64,000 nt of DNA. Source: Vicugna vicugna (taxonomy: Eukaryota). Below the pieces are notes generated by a model that did no database searches, was not told the DNA's origin, and worked only from the letters and a program-made list of their open reading frames with translations. Of this stretch, positions 52,062 through 62,199 are shown in pieces. Location: assembly GCA_013265495.1 (NCBI GenBank), contig MU058418.1:372001-436000 (forward strand), in the 5' to 3' direction. Made by a program: the position numbers and the translations under genes. Within the stretch, counting starts at the first letter, position 1; each line of letters begins with the position of its first letter.

Positions 52062-52357
52062 CAGGTCCACAATCTCTCACCCAAAGTCCTTGAAACCAAA
52101 TGTCTTCCAGAATTCACAATTTTTCTGATTCTAGGAAGGTTCAATTTACCCAGCACTCCAGAAAGATCTGGGGCAGCACCTGGTAATCAAACACATTAAT
52201 ATTTCTGTAGTAAAATGCAAGAATATTCATATTAGGTGGAATAAGGAAAAATTATAAATGATCTCACATCAGTTCAGGTCAGATTTATGAGACTGAGAAA
52301 ACATTTTTTTCTGAGCTTTCAGGATTTTTAAATAGTAGGTAAAGGACGATAGATTTG
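52062..52357 (+). mobile_element. TcMar-Tigger non-autonomous element (MER46C-like)
   Basis: caggtccacaatctctcacccaaa..cttgaaaccaaatgtcttccagaattc..tttttctgattctaggaagg. Confidence 0.5.
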
Positions 52358-52659
52358 TATCATTCAATGTGCACATTTCCTGCTTGAGAAGTGACGATGG
52401 CTCCCTTACCTGCCATGTTCAGTTTTAACAATAATTTCTATACTAGTCTAGAATTGGCAACACCTTTGGAAATCATTAAAACTTTTTAGTTCATTGGTTA
52501 GGAAACTAAAGCCCAGAGAGCTGGAATAACTTGCCTCGGGTCACACTGTTACCTACTGACAGAGATGAAACTAGAACACACAAGTCTCCCATCTGCTAGG
52601 CTTACTTACTGTTCATTCATTCATTCATCTCATTCATCCGACCATTCACTCTCTCTCCA

Positions 52660-54400
52660 TTTGAAATTATTTTTTAGCTTTTCAAAATTATGAAATTTCG
52701 AAAATTTTCTCACAGAAAGTTGCAAAAATAGTCCAGTCTTCCCTCAATATCCACAGGAGGATTGGTTCCAGGCCCTCCTGAAGATACAAAAAATCGTGTC
52801 GTTCAAGTCTCCTATATAAAATGGCACAGTATTTGCATATAACCTACATCCTCTTTTACACTTTAAATCATCTCTGGATTATTTCTAATACCTAATACAA
52901 TGTAAAGTCATGTAAACAGTAGTTAATACAGTGTAAATGTCATGTAAACAGTAGTAAATATAATGTAGATATTCTGTAAATAGTTGCCTGGCTTGGCAAA
53001 TTCAAGTTTTGCTTCTGGGAACTTTCTGGAATTTCCCTCCATCCCGAACATTCCCAATCTGTGGTTGGTTGAATCGATCTGTGGTTGGCTGAAACACAGA
53101 TGTAGAATTCACAGATAAGGACAGATTGTATAGAGTCCTATGCATCCTTCATCCAGCTTCTCCTGATATATAGCTGTAGTATAAAATGATCAAAACCTAA
53201 AAATTAATACTAGTATATCAGTGTTAACAAAACTATAGGTCTTGTTCCATTTTCAGCATTTTGTTTAAACCTGAATTCATTTACGTGTATGTATACACAG
53301 TTCTATGCAACTTTATCCCATGTATAGGTTCATATAACTACCATCACAATCAAGATACTGAACTGTTCCATGGTCACAAAATTTCCCTTTGCATTTACAC
53401 TCCTCCCTGCTCCCCACACTGTCCCAGACTTAGCAACACTAATCTGTTTTCCATCTCTGTAGTTTTGTCATTTTGAAAATGTTGTATAAATGGAATCATA
53501 CAGCATATAAACTTTTGAAATTGACTTTTTCCTTAGTTGTGCTAAAATACATATAAAATTTACAATTTTAACCACTTTGAAGCATACAGTTCAACAGTGT
53601 AAAGTATATTCACATTATAGTTCATTTCTTTTCATTGTTAAGTAGTATTCCATTGTACAGATGTACCATGATTTGTTCAACAATGAATGATATGTGGGTT
53701 GTTTCCATTTTTGGCTATTACAAATAAGGCTGTTATATGCATTCACATATAGGTTTTGATGTGAGTTTTTATTTCTCTGGGGTGAATGCTCACAAGTGTG
53801 ATTGTTGGGTTGTATATGAAATGTTTCTCCCAGTCTGTGGCTAATCTTTTCATCCTATTAACAAAGTCTTTTGTAGAGCAAAGTTTTTAATTTTGATGAA
53901 GTCCAATTATTGATTTTTTTTCCTTTTATGAACTGCATTTTTGGTTTCATGTCTCAGAACTGTTTACCTAGCCCTAGGTCTCAAAGATATTCTCCTATGT
54001 TTTCTTCTTAAGTTTTATAGTTTTACATTTCACATTTAATTCCATTTTACATTGATTTCACAATGACACATTTTACAAAGACCTTTTTAAAATATGGTGT
54101 GAGGTTTAGGTCCTGATTCATTTTCTTGCCTGTAATAGTGCAATTGTTCCACCACTATTTGTTGATGAGACTATTCTCCCTCCATTGAATTGCTTTTGAA
54201 CTTTTGTCAAAAATCAATTGTGTTGATTGTGTTGAGTTATTTCTTAGCTCTTTATTCTGTTCCATCCATCTATTCCTCTGCCAAGACCACACTGTCCTGA
54301 TCAATGACATTATGTATATTAGACTAAATATGAGGTAGAGTGATTCCTCCCATTTTCTTCTTTTTTTCCAACATTGTTTTAGCTGTTCTAGCTCTGTTCA
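52660..54400 (-). mobile_element. Old L1M 3' portion, interrupted by MER2B
   Basis: cacagaaagttgcaaaaatagt|..|tagagtccta; aatggaatcatacagcat; tagtattccattgta; ctcccagtctgtggct; ttgtcaaaaatcaattg. Confidence 0.8.
52734..53128 (+). mobile_element. MER2B (TcMar-Tigger)
   Basis: ggattggttccagg..tatataaaatggcacagtatttgcatataacctac..ctttaaatcatctct.gatta..ggcaaattcaagttttgct..ggttggttgaatc. Confidence 0.8.
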
Positions 54401-54621
54401 TGCTACTCATTTTCTTTATTGTACTGCTTATTCTTGCTTTTAAGGTCCTCCTTATACCTAGTAAAAGTATGACAGCCTAGGTAAGAAAATAGTGTCATGA
54501 AGGAAAAAAATGTCATATATTACCACCACTCTAGAACACTACCTATATAATTTCTATCGCTCTATCCTAATGACATCCCAATTTCTTCATGAAAGGTTCT
54601 CTACTATTACAGGCCACTTTA

Positions 54622-54966
54622 TTTTTTTTTTAATTCTTTAAATTGAGGTATAGGTGATGTTCAATATTATATGTTTCAGGTATGCAACATAATGAATCAC
54701 AATTTTTAAAGGTTATATTCCACTTACAGCTATTATAAAATATTGGCTCTATTCCCTGTGTTATACAATATATCCTTGTAGTTTATCAGTAGTTTTTATC
54801 TCAATCCCCTGCCCCTATCTTCCCCCTCCCTCCTTCAGTCTCCCCCTGGTAACCACTAATTTGTTCTTTATATCTGAGTTTATTTCTTTTTTTGTCATAT
54901 TCACTAGTTTGTTTGATTTTTAGATTCCACATATAAGTGATATCATATAGTATTTATCTTTCCTCT
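54622..54966 (-). mobile_element. 5'-truncated L1 3' end (artiodactyl-age)
   Basis: poly-T, aattgaggtatag..ataaaatattggct.tattccctgtg..ctggtaaccacta..ttagattccacatataagtgatatcata. TSD GGCCACTTTA at 54612-54621 and 54967-54976. Confidence 0.88.
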
Positions 54967-56264
54967 GGCCACTTTAATATCTCTAAATGTAATAGCTAAC
55001 ATGTCTCTAGTACTCATTAGCCACAAATCATTTACTTCCTTCTGTTAAATATTTGTAAATATATTTTGTCCAACACAATGTCTATTCTCAAGGGACACAG
55101 CCCATGTTGTAGAAGTCTTTATATTTCTCCATAAACTTTAATAAACATGAATTAGTTTACTGAGGTTTATTTATCTAATTGGAAATTACAACAGAGAGAT
55201 ACTAGAAAATCCAGAAGGATGAGGATAAAAAATTAGCTAATTGCTACATCTCAAGATTTTAAATTTAACCTCACTTCTCAGTTAAACTGTTATAAAAGTA
55301 TACTTCAAAGCTGTTTTCCTTTTTCTTGATGAGATGGCTTAGGTAAAGACAAAGAAGGTAGTGAATAATGAATTATGGCAATTTCCTTTTTTTCTCCTCC
55401 TGTATGCCAAAGATATCACCATTTATCTAAATTTTAGGGCTATCAGTTGTAACTCATCCCTAACATACCATGTCTATTTATCCAAAAAGTAATATGACCT
55501 AAGGGATTAAAGTAATGATTTAAGCAAATAATAGAAATTCAAAATGTAAAATGGAACTGTAAAAAATTTACCAAATCCAATTTCCTGGTTGTCCTAACTA
55601 TATCAACTATCTGGGGTCTCTGTGCCCTTTGGCTAGCATACTGAGAGGATCTCCCTCAGTTATCAAAGCTTTGCTGTCAAGATTTCAACACAGTAAGGTG
55701 CAGCATATGAAATAATACAGCTGCTTAATCTATATTTTCAGCTATAATTTACAGTAAGCACAATCTGCCTACCCTATGGATTAAGTGCCTGCTTCTTTGC
55801 TAAAACAAATAGATAAACAATATCCTCCCCAAGTTTTTTGTTCATTAGCTGCCCGTGCATTTAGACTGTTTAAATAATATAAATAAATGTAATAAAACTA
55901 CATGCAGATTAGCCATTTCTTTTCTTAGAAAATAAAGTAATCCATATATGCTACTGCAACAATTTTGCTGAAACATTTATTTTGCTCCTCTCCAGTTCTT
56001 TCACTGTAATATGGGACTAGGCAGGCAGGGCAGGCTACAATCAGGAAATCTTCAGAGCCACTAGTCTTACAAGCTCTCATTTAGTGTGTCTCTGGTGGCC
56101 TCAGAATCAATCTTCTCTAAGGCCACATCTGATGCTCTGACAACTAAGTAAATGAATTGCAATCCTTAGAATATGCACATTAATAAGGCTGTTTCTAGCT
56201 CCACCCTTTTCACTTCAGTGTTTTATTATAGAGACTACAATATGCATATGCACAATGCAAAATG

Positions 56265-56596
56265 CAGTCCACCAGGGATTGGTTCCAGGAATCCCCATGG
56301 ACACCAAAATCTGAGGACGCCTCATATAAAATGGTACAGTATTTGTGTAAAACCTATAGCACATTCTCCCCTATACTTTAAATTATCTGTAGATTACTTA
56401 TAATATCTAATACAATGTAAATTCTATGTAAATAGCTGTAAATACAATGCAAAAGATGTATAAGTAGTTGCCAGTGCACAGCAAATTCAAGTTTTGCTTT
56501 TTGGAACTTTCTGAAAATTGTTTTTTCCTGAATTTTTTCCATACACAGTTGGTTCACTCCACAGATGTGGAACCCACAGATACAGAGGGCTGAATG
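56265..56596 (+). mobile_element. MER2B (second copy)
   Basis: Colinear with 52734-53128; ends ggaacccacagatacagagggctgaatg|ta. Confidence 0.8.
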
Positions 56597-56639
56597 TACT
56601 ATACAACCCCCAAACTAACAGAAATCCACTATTCGATTA

Positions 56640-58380
56640 GGAAAAAATTGACACATTATGGTTCTAGTGTTGTGAGAACACAAAGTAACCTGAACTCAGA
56701 TACCGTAAGTGAGTATGTAAACTGGTACAACCACTTTAGAAGACGATTTGGTATTATCTTCTAAAGCTGAACACGTGCATACATGCCTTTATTCTCTCAA
56801 GACAAGTACACCAGGAGATGCATGCAGCATATTCACAACAGCACTTTCCACGACACCAAAAACTGTAAACAACCCAAATGCTGATTGAAAGAAGACTGTG
56901 GCATATACACACAATAGGATTTTTACAGACTAGTGAAAAGCTAATGAAGTACAGTTGAATACAACATGGGTAAATCTTAGAAACAATGATAAATATAAAA
57001 AGCAAATCATACCAGACCATATGCAATAAACTACTATATTTATAAATTTCAAAAGAGCAAAATTAAACACATTATTATTTAAGGAAAACTCATGTAATTT
57101 TAAAAAGAAAAAATAAACACAAAATTCCTATAGTGAGGGTCAGGGAGATGGAGCAATAAATACAGAAATAAAGCTTCAACAGAATTGATAAAGTGATAGT
57201 TCTTCAATTGGATGGTAAGCTCATTTGTTTCATTATTAAGCTTTAAAACATTTATGTATGTGTGTTTTGAGTGTGTATCATCTAGAATTTCTGGAGAACT
57301 AACAGATACAGGTCAAGTTTAGCCTACTCTTAAAACAACATTCCTGATAACTGGGAATGATGCTAAGAAATAAAATCACTCTACAATTGCTATTTGGTAA
57401 CTTTTGTAGTAACAAAGAAATGGCAGGTGTCTCATAAAAAATTAAAGCAAGAGGATGGGCAAAGGAAGTGAAGTTGGTAACAAAAGGGCGAGGTGAGGGA
57501 TCCCTGAAGGGATAGAAATATTCTGCATCTTGATTGTCAGTGTCAGTATCCAGCTTGTGATATTGCACTATAGTTGTGCAAGATGTTACCACTGGGAGAA
57601 ACTGGGTAAAGGGTACATTAGATCTCTCTGTAGTATTTCTTCCAACTGCATGTGAATCTCCAATTATCTCAAAATAAAAGTTTTTTAAAAAACATGAAAA
57701 AAAGATAATTTTTGTTCAGGGTTCTTCCACCCTGGTACTACTGACATTTTGGTGCAAATAACTCTTCTTTGAAGGAGGCTGTCCTGGACATTGTAAGATG
57801 TTTAACAGCATCCCTGGACTCTACTTACTAAATGCCAGTAGCAGGCCCCAGTTGTGACAACATCTCCAAATACTGCCAAATGTTCCCTAAGGGTCAAAAC
57901 TGCCCCATCTGACAACCACCGCTCTAGTCATAAAAGCAAAGAACTGTGGAAATGTTCCCAGTTGAAGAGACATGACAACTAAATGCAATACCTGATCCTA
58001 GGCTGGATCCTGTACTAGAGAGGAAAGAACGCTATAAGAAACATTACTGGGTCAACTAACAAAAGTAGGGTATAAATAGTAAATTAAATTAAAGTACTCT
58101 ATCAATATTAAAAGTATGTTGATTGCTGTAATGTAGTTATGTAAAGAATATTCCTATGCTCCAGAAATACACAAAGTAGTATTTAGGGGTAAAAGACCAC
58201 GATATATGCAATCTACCCTCAAATGATTCAGGAAAAATATACAAGTGAATAGTATATGTATATCATAGGTGAATCTGATTAAAGGGTATACAAAAGTTGT
58301 GTTCTTTATACTACTTTTATTCTTGCAACTTTTCAGTATGTTTGAAATTATTTACGAATATAAAGGTGGAGTTTTTTTTA
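56640..58380 (+). mobile_element. Old L1M fragments, interrupted by MER20
   Basis: gtaaactggtacaaccacttta; caagatgttaccactgggagaaactgggtaaagggtaca..caactgcatgtgaatctc.aattatctcaaaataaaag; gacatgacaactaaatgcaata..tgatcct. Confidence 0.75.
57717..57921 (+). mobile_element. MER20
   Basis: ggtactactgacattttgg..ggctgtcctggacattgtaagatgtttaacagcatccctgg..aaatgccagtagca..gttgtgacaac..tgccaaatgttccct. Confidence 0.85.
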
Positions 58381-58939
58381 AGTGTAACCAAAAGTTGTGG
58401 TCCTTAAACAGTCCTAATGGCAGGTTTCACAGTAGTAGCCCAGCATAAGTGATTAAAAAAAAAGGGGGGGAAAATGACTACTGATTGGATAAATTCCTAC
58501 TTCAAGCCTGAGACATTCGTTGCAAAGAACTGTCTACTTTCGGCTTATCTCCCCCTCCCCATTCTTTATAGAGGTGACCTCTTGAATAATGCGGAACCGA
58601 AAATAAATCTATCCCACTTTTAAAAGACCATTTCTAGGAAGTGACTCAAACCCACATCCCCACTCTATTTCTCCACAAATCACTGAGGCATCTTAACCCT
58701 CAATAGTTAAGCAAAAACGCGAAAAGCGTACGTGTTCTCATTCTTCTTCTGCAAATGAAGGTAGACTGTTACAGGGAGTGGACTAGAGAAGACACAACAT
58801 CGGATGTCTAGGAGGGCTGAAGAAAAGAAGAGGTAAAAAGAAATAAACAGCCAGTTTGAGCAAGCCCGGAACGGTGTATCGGCCAGGAAAAGGGACCCAA
58901 GTGGGTGCAAGTGTGTCAAGGCGAGAGGGAGTAGCTCAC

Positions 58940-59235
58940 CTGGCTGTGGTAAGCAGAGGGTGCTGAGTCCCCACCAGCTTCCGCACCTGCATAGCGATGT
59001 TGCTGAGTTCGTCGCTCAGCAGGCAGCGGAGGCTCATGAAGGACGTGGGGTAGCCCACGATCTTCTCCGCCTCTGACACCACTTGGTTCCAGTGGGCCGG
59101 GGATCTGGAAGACTGACCACGCCAGGAGACCACCGAGAAGATGGTGTCGAGGGACGGGGACCACCACAGGCGACGCGGTGGGGCAGAGGCCCCGAAATAA
59201 CCGGGCAAGCGCAAAAGCAGCTGCCGAAGGCTCAT
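58940..59235 (-). CDS. PDSS2: PDSS2 coding exon 1 (decaprenyl-diphosphate synthase subunit 2, N-terminal 98 codons + 2 nt)
   Basis: Translation [30 protein letters not shown]...[55 protein letters not shown] matches the mammalian PDSS2 N-terminus as I recall it. ATG at 59235-59233 has A at -3 (aaactATG). The exon ends at a canonical donor AG|GTGAGC (58940|58939); the TGA ending the ORF-track entry lies in the intron. The first 29 residues are Arg-rich with no acidic residue, consistent with a mitochondrial presequence. Confidence 0.97.
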
Positions 59236-59496
59236 AGTTTGAGTCTGGGGGTGTCCGGGACTAGAAGGTGTCCGGAGGTGGCGCGGGAACGAGCCAGGGG
59301 TAGATGAGGAACCTGCAGGAACTAGGAGGAAGCGGCGATTCCTGACCCTCCGAGGAGGGTGGGTTCCTGGAGCTGTGACCAGAAAAGAACTTTAACTGCA
59401 GCTTTCTGCAGCCCGGGTTAGAGAGATAACAGCCCTAACTCAGCACTGCCCACGGCCATCTATGGCAGAAACCACGGCCAATGCCTAAGTGGGGGA

Positions 59497-59506
59497 CGCC
59501 ATGTTG
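59497..59506 (-). promoter_or_regulatory. YY1-binding motif CAACATGGCG
   Basis: Plus strand CGCCATGTTG matches the YY1 consensus CAANATGGCG on the minus strand, oriented with the gene, as is typical just downstream of housekeeping TSSs. Confidence 0.7.
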
Positions 59507-60099
59507 GAGGCTTGAAATGCGGCTTGCCGTAAAGACGGAGGCGGGCTGTTTAGCAAAGAATGTTTCCTACTTTACTGCACAGCCGTGAACGCACTGAAGG
59601 GGCGGGGCTTTGGAGGGGAACCTTGGAAGGCGAGGTTGGGTGGAAGGCCTCAGCTCCTCCCACCTCCTCATCCCGGTCTGCAAGGACAGAGGTCAGCAGC
59701 TATCCGGGTGTGGGCGCCGAGCTCCTCCGGGAAGCCTCTCGTAGCTGTCCGCCGCCAGCCTTGGATTGGTAGTGGACGGACGTGCGGGCTGCCTCTCGAA
59801 CCATGGGGCTTCAGGAGCTGTGGGCCGCGGCTCCTGTACGGGGCGGGTGGGGCAAAAATCCGGACTTGAGGCTGAACTCCCGTGCCCTCAGCTCCCAACT
59901 GGACGAAAGGTGGCGTGGCCGGGCAGAAAGGTCCTCTCCCACCCCGCCCTGTCCCCCAGCCCGAGACTCTCCCTGTTCGGTTCCTGGCCTCGGTTCCCCT
60001 GTGTACAGCTGAGGCAGGATCAATCGTGCCTCCCACGTGGGTGCGGAGACCACCTCTGGAAGGAAGCTTCGCTCACCATCCGGGATCCAAAACTATCAC

Positions 60100-60310
60100 T
60101 GACTCTAGTGCTTTCCAGTTATAGCTCAGGTATTAGCTCATTTAATCCTTAAAACAACCCCATTAAGTAGATAATATTAGTATTCTCCATGATTCATATG
60201 AGGAAACGGAGGCAGAGCCAAGTCGTGTAAATTGCCTAAGGCCACACTAGGCTGGAAACAAGCCCAGACAATCTGGTTTCTGAATCCATGCTCTTAGCTA
60301 CATTACTGTC
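60100..60310 (-). mobile_element. MIR
   Basis: ctcatttaatccttaaaacaaccccattaagtag..atgaggaaacggaggcagag..ttgcctaaggccacac. Confidence 0.7.
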
Positions 60311-61469
60311 TGTAAGTAACAGGCTACCAACCACTCTTCTCACTGTTGTCAATGTGGTTCTGTAATGCTGCCAGTTCTTTCATCAGGCATGTCTACAATT
60401 CTCCCCCCTTTCTCATCACCCAAAACAAGTGTTAACCCTTGTTAATAATAAAGATATATTACCAAGTTTTACACCCTAAAAATAGCTAGTAAAACTCTCT
60501 TTAACTTTCAAAATCCTTTAAAATTCATAGTTGATATTTTTAAAATTAGCATCATGCATAATACTGGACTAGACTTGGGACTACATAAAAAAATCAGACT
60601 TAAAAACGGGCAAATTAAAGAGTATTCACTTTGCACAAAAGATGCTTTTTTCTAAAAAGATTTAGCCTCAAACTCCCTCTAAATGGAAAATTTCCCTTGT
60701 GATTTAAAAATCAGATTTTATTTCCAAAAATTCAGTTTAGGCATTACTTTTCAGGGGTACATTTAAATACAGTGAATTATGCTCATCAGTATTAAACACA
60801 GTCTATGTCCACTAAACAAATAAGGCAAGCTGAAATTCAAAAATAATTCCTGTGAAGGCGATAACAAACTTCTGACAATAAAATTCAGGTCTGTTCTAGA
60901 TGAAAATAAATATGGAAAGTGAGATATCTTACCATTCCAAAAAGTTCCAAGGCCTGAACTTCTGGGTTATCCAAGGTGAAAGAACTCATGAAAAAATGAA
61001 GAGAGATAAAAGACTGAATGTAATATATTGTGCATGTGAGGCTGTTTCTTCGGAATCATGGTACCTTAAGACTAACTTTTCAAGCAATTTCCTTAATACC
61101 AATTCACAGCATGTACTTTAATTTCGCCACAGAAGCCAAGTGCATTATTCTCTGGTCATACTCTATTAACCAAGTTTTTGATTATTCATGGGACTTTAAA
61201 TATCAGCTCTTCCCTTTATTCTTACTGTTAAAAGGTTGCATTATACCTAATGATAATCAGTTTTTAGAAGGTTAAAATGGTATCTGTTATTTAATCTTCC
61301 AGATAAATATATAACTCCTTCGAGTCTTTCTGCCTGAAGACATTTCTGAATTGCTAGTAAATTATGGCAGTGCAAAGAGGGGGAGTATCTGGGATTCCGC
61401 CCTTCCTCTGCCACTAGATACTAGTCATTTTGAGGGTATCTGTGAATGTGTACACAAAGAAAGAATACA

Positions 61470-61716
61470 TTATTTCTTACCTTGGCATTATTGACATTTT
61501 GGACCAGGTAATACTTATTATGGGAGGCCGTGTTTGGGGAATGGGAACCTTGAAGGCTGTCCTGTGCAGAGTAGGATGTTTAGCGGCATCCCTGGCCTCT
61601 ACTCACTTGATGCCAGCAGTACCCCCCCCCAAGTTGTTACAACCAGATTTGTCTGAGGACATGGCCAAGTGTCCTCTGGGGTGAGGAGGGAGTAAAGTCA
61701 CCCATGAGAATACAGG
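61470..61716 (+). mobile_element. MER20
   Basis: ccttggcattattgacattttggacc..ggctgtcctgtgca..taggatgtttagcggcatccctggcctctac..gatgccagcag..gttgttacaacca. Confidence 0.82.
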
Positions 61717-62199
61717 GAAATGGGAGATGCTGGGGGAAAAAGAAATCCACTCATGACATTTACTTCTACAAAGCAGCAAAAGGAATCCATGCACAGGGAC
61801 ATCTTCTCTTTGGCTTTGGGGTTGTTCTGAAGACACTGAGCTGACAAAAGATGTTCACACTTACTCCTTCACCTTTCTCAGGATCCTGAAGCTGGTAGAG
61901 TGCCAGTGGACTTCACTTACTATCCTCTGTGTGTTCTGCTGACCTTAGAAAGAAGTGAAGTTAAATTTGATGTCCTTTTCTTTGGCTGGAAACTCAAACC
62001 AGGCTTTGGAAATACAAGGTCTTAACAAGCATGGTGTATGCTTTGGGCTTTGGCATTTCTGTGATTAGTAGAGTGGAAATAGATAGGGACACTGCAGCCA
62101 CCCTTATTCTTTCACCCCCAACATAATCACCTATTGTTTATGCTGAGAGAGTTCTTCCAAAAACAGACGAAAGCATGGCCATATACCTTGGGGCAGAAC

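Larger units (their letters stand above)
1..58939 (-). other. PDSS2: PDSS2 intron 1 (5' portion, continues beyond window start)
   Basis: Begins with GTGAGC at 58939. No ORF resembling the rest of PDSS2 (expected continuation G-x-V-H-D...LQLRGLVVLLISKA) appears in the ORF track or by eye. The sequence is repeat-dense. Confidence 0.88.
58850..60090. promoter_or_regulatory. CpG island / PDSS2 promoter and 5' UTR
   Basis: Abrupt rise in GC and CpG density spanning exon 1 and ~850 bp upstream. GC box GGGGCGGGGC 59599-59608; CCAAT on minus strand 59765-59769 and on plus strand 59478-59482; YY1 motif 59497-59506; palindromic E-box CCCACGTGGG 60032-60041. No TATA box evident. Confidence 0.9.

Noticed and set aside
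58936..59235. Complete 99-aa single-exon protein as given by the ORF track
   Set aside because: The stop is the TGA within the donor AG|GTGAGC; this is exon 1 of a multi-exon gene.
58916..60152. Overlapping ORFs in alternative frames and on the plus strand around exon 1 and the promoter
   Set aside because: Stop-poor GC-rich DNA, G/P/R-rich translations, no recognisable domain.
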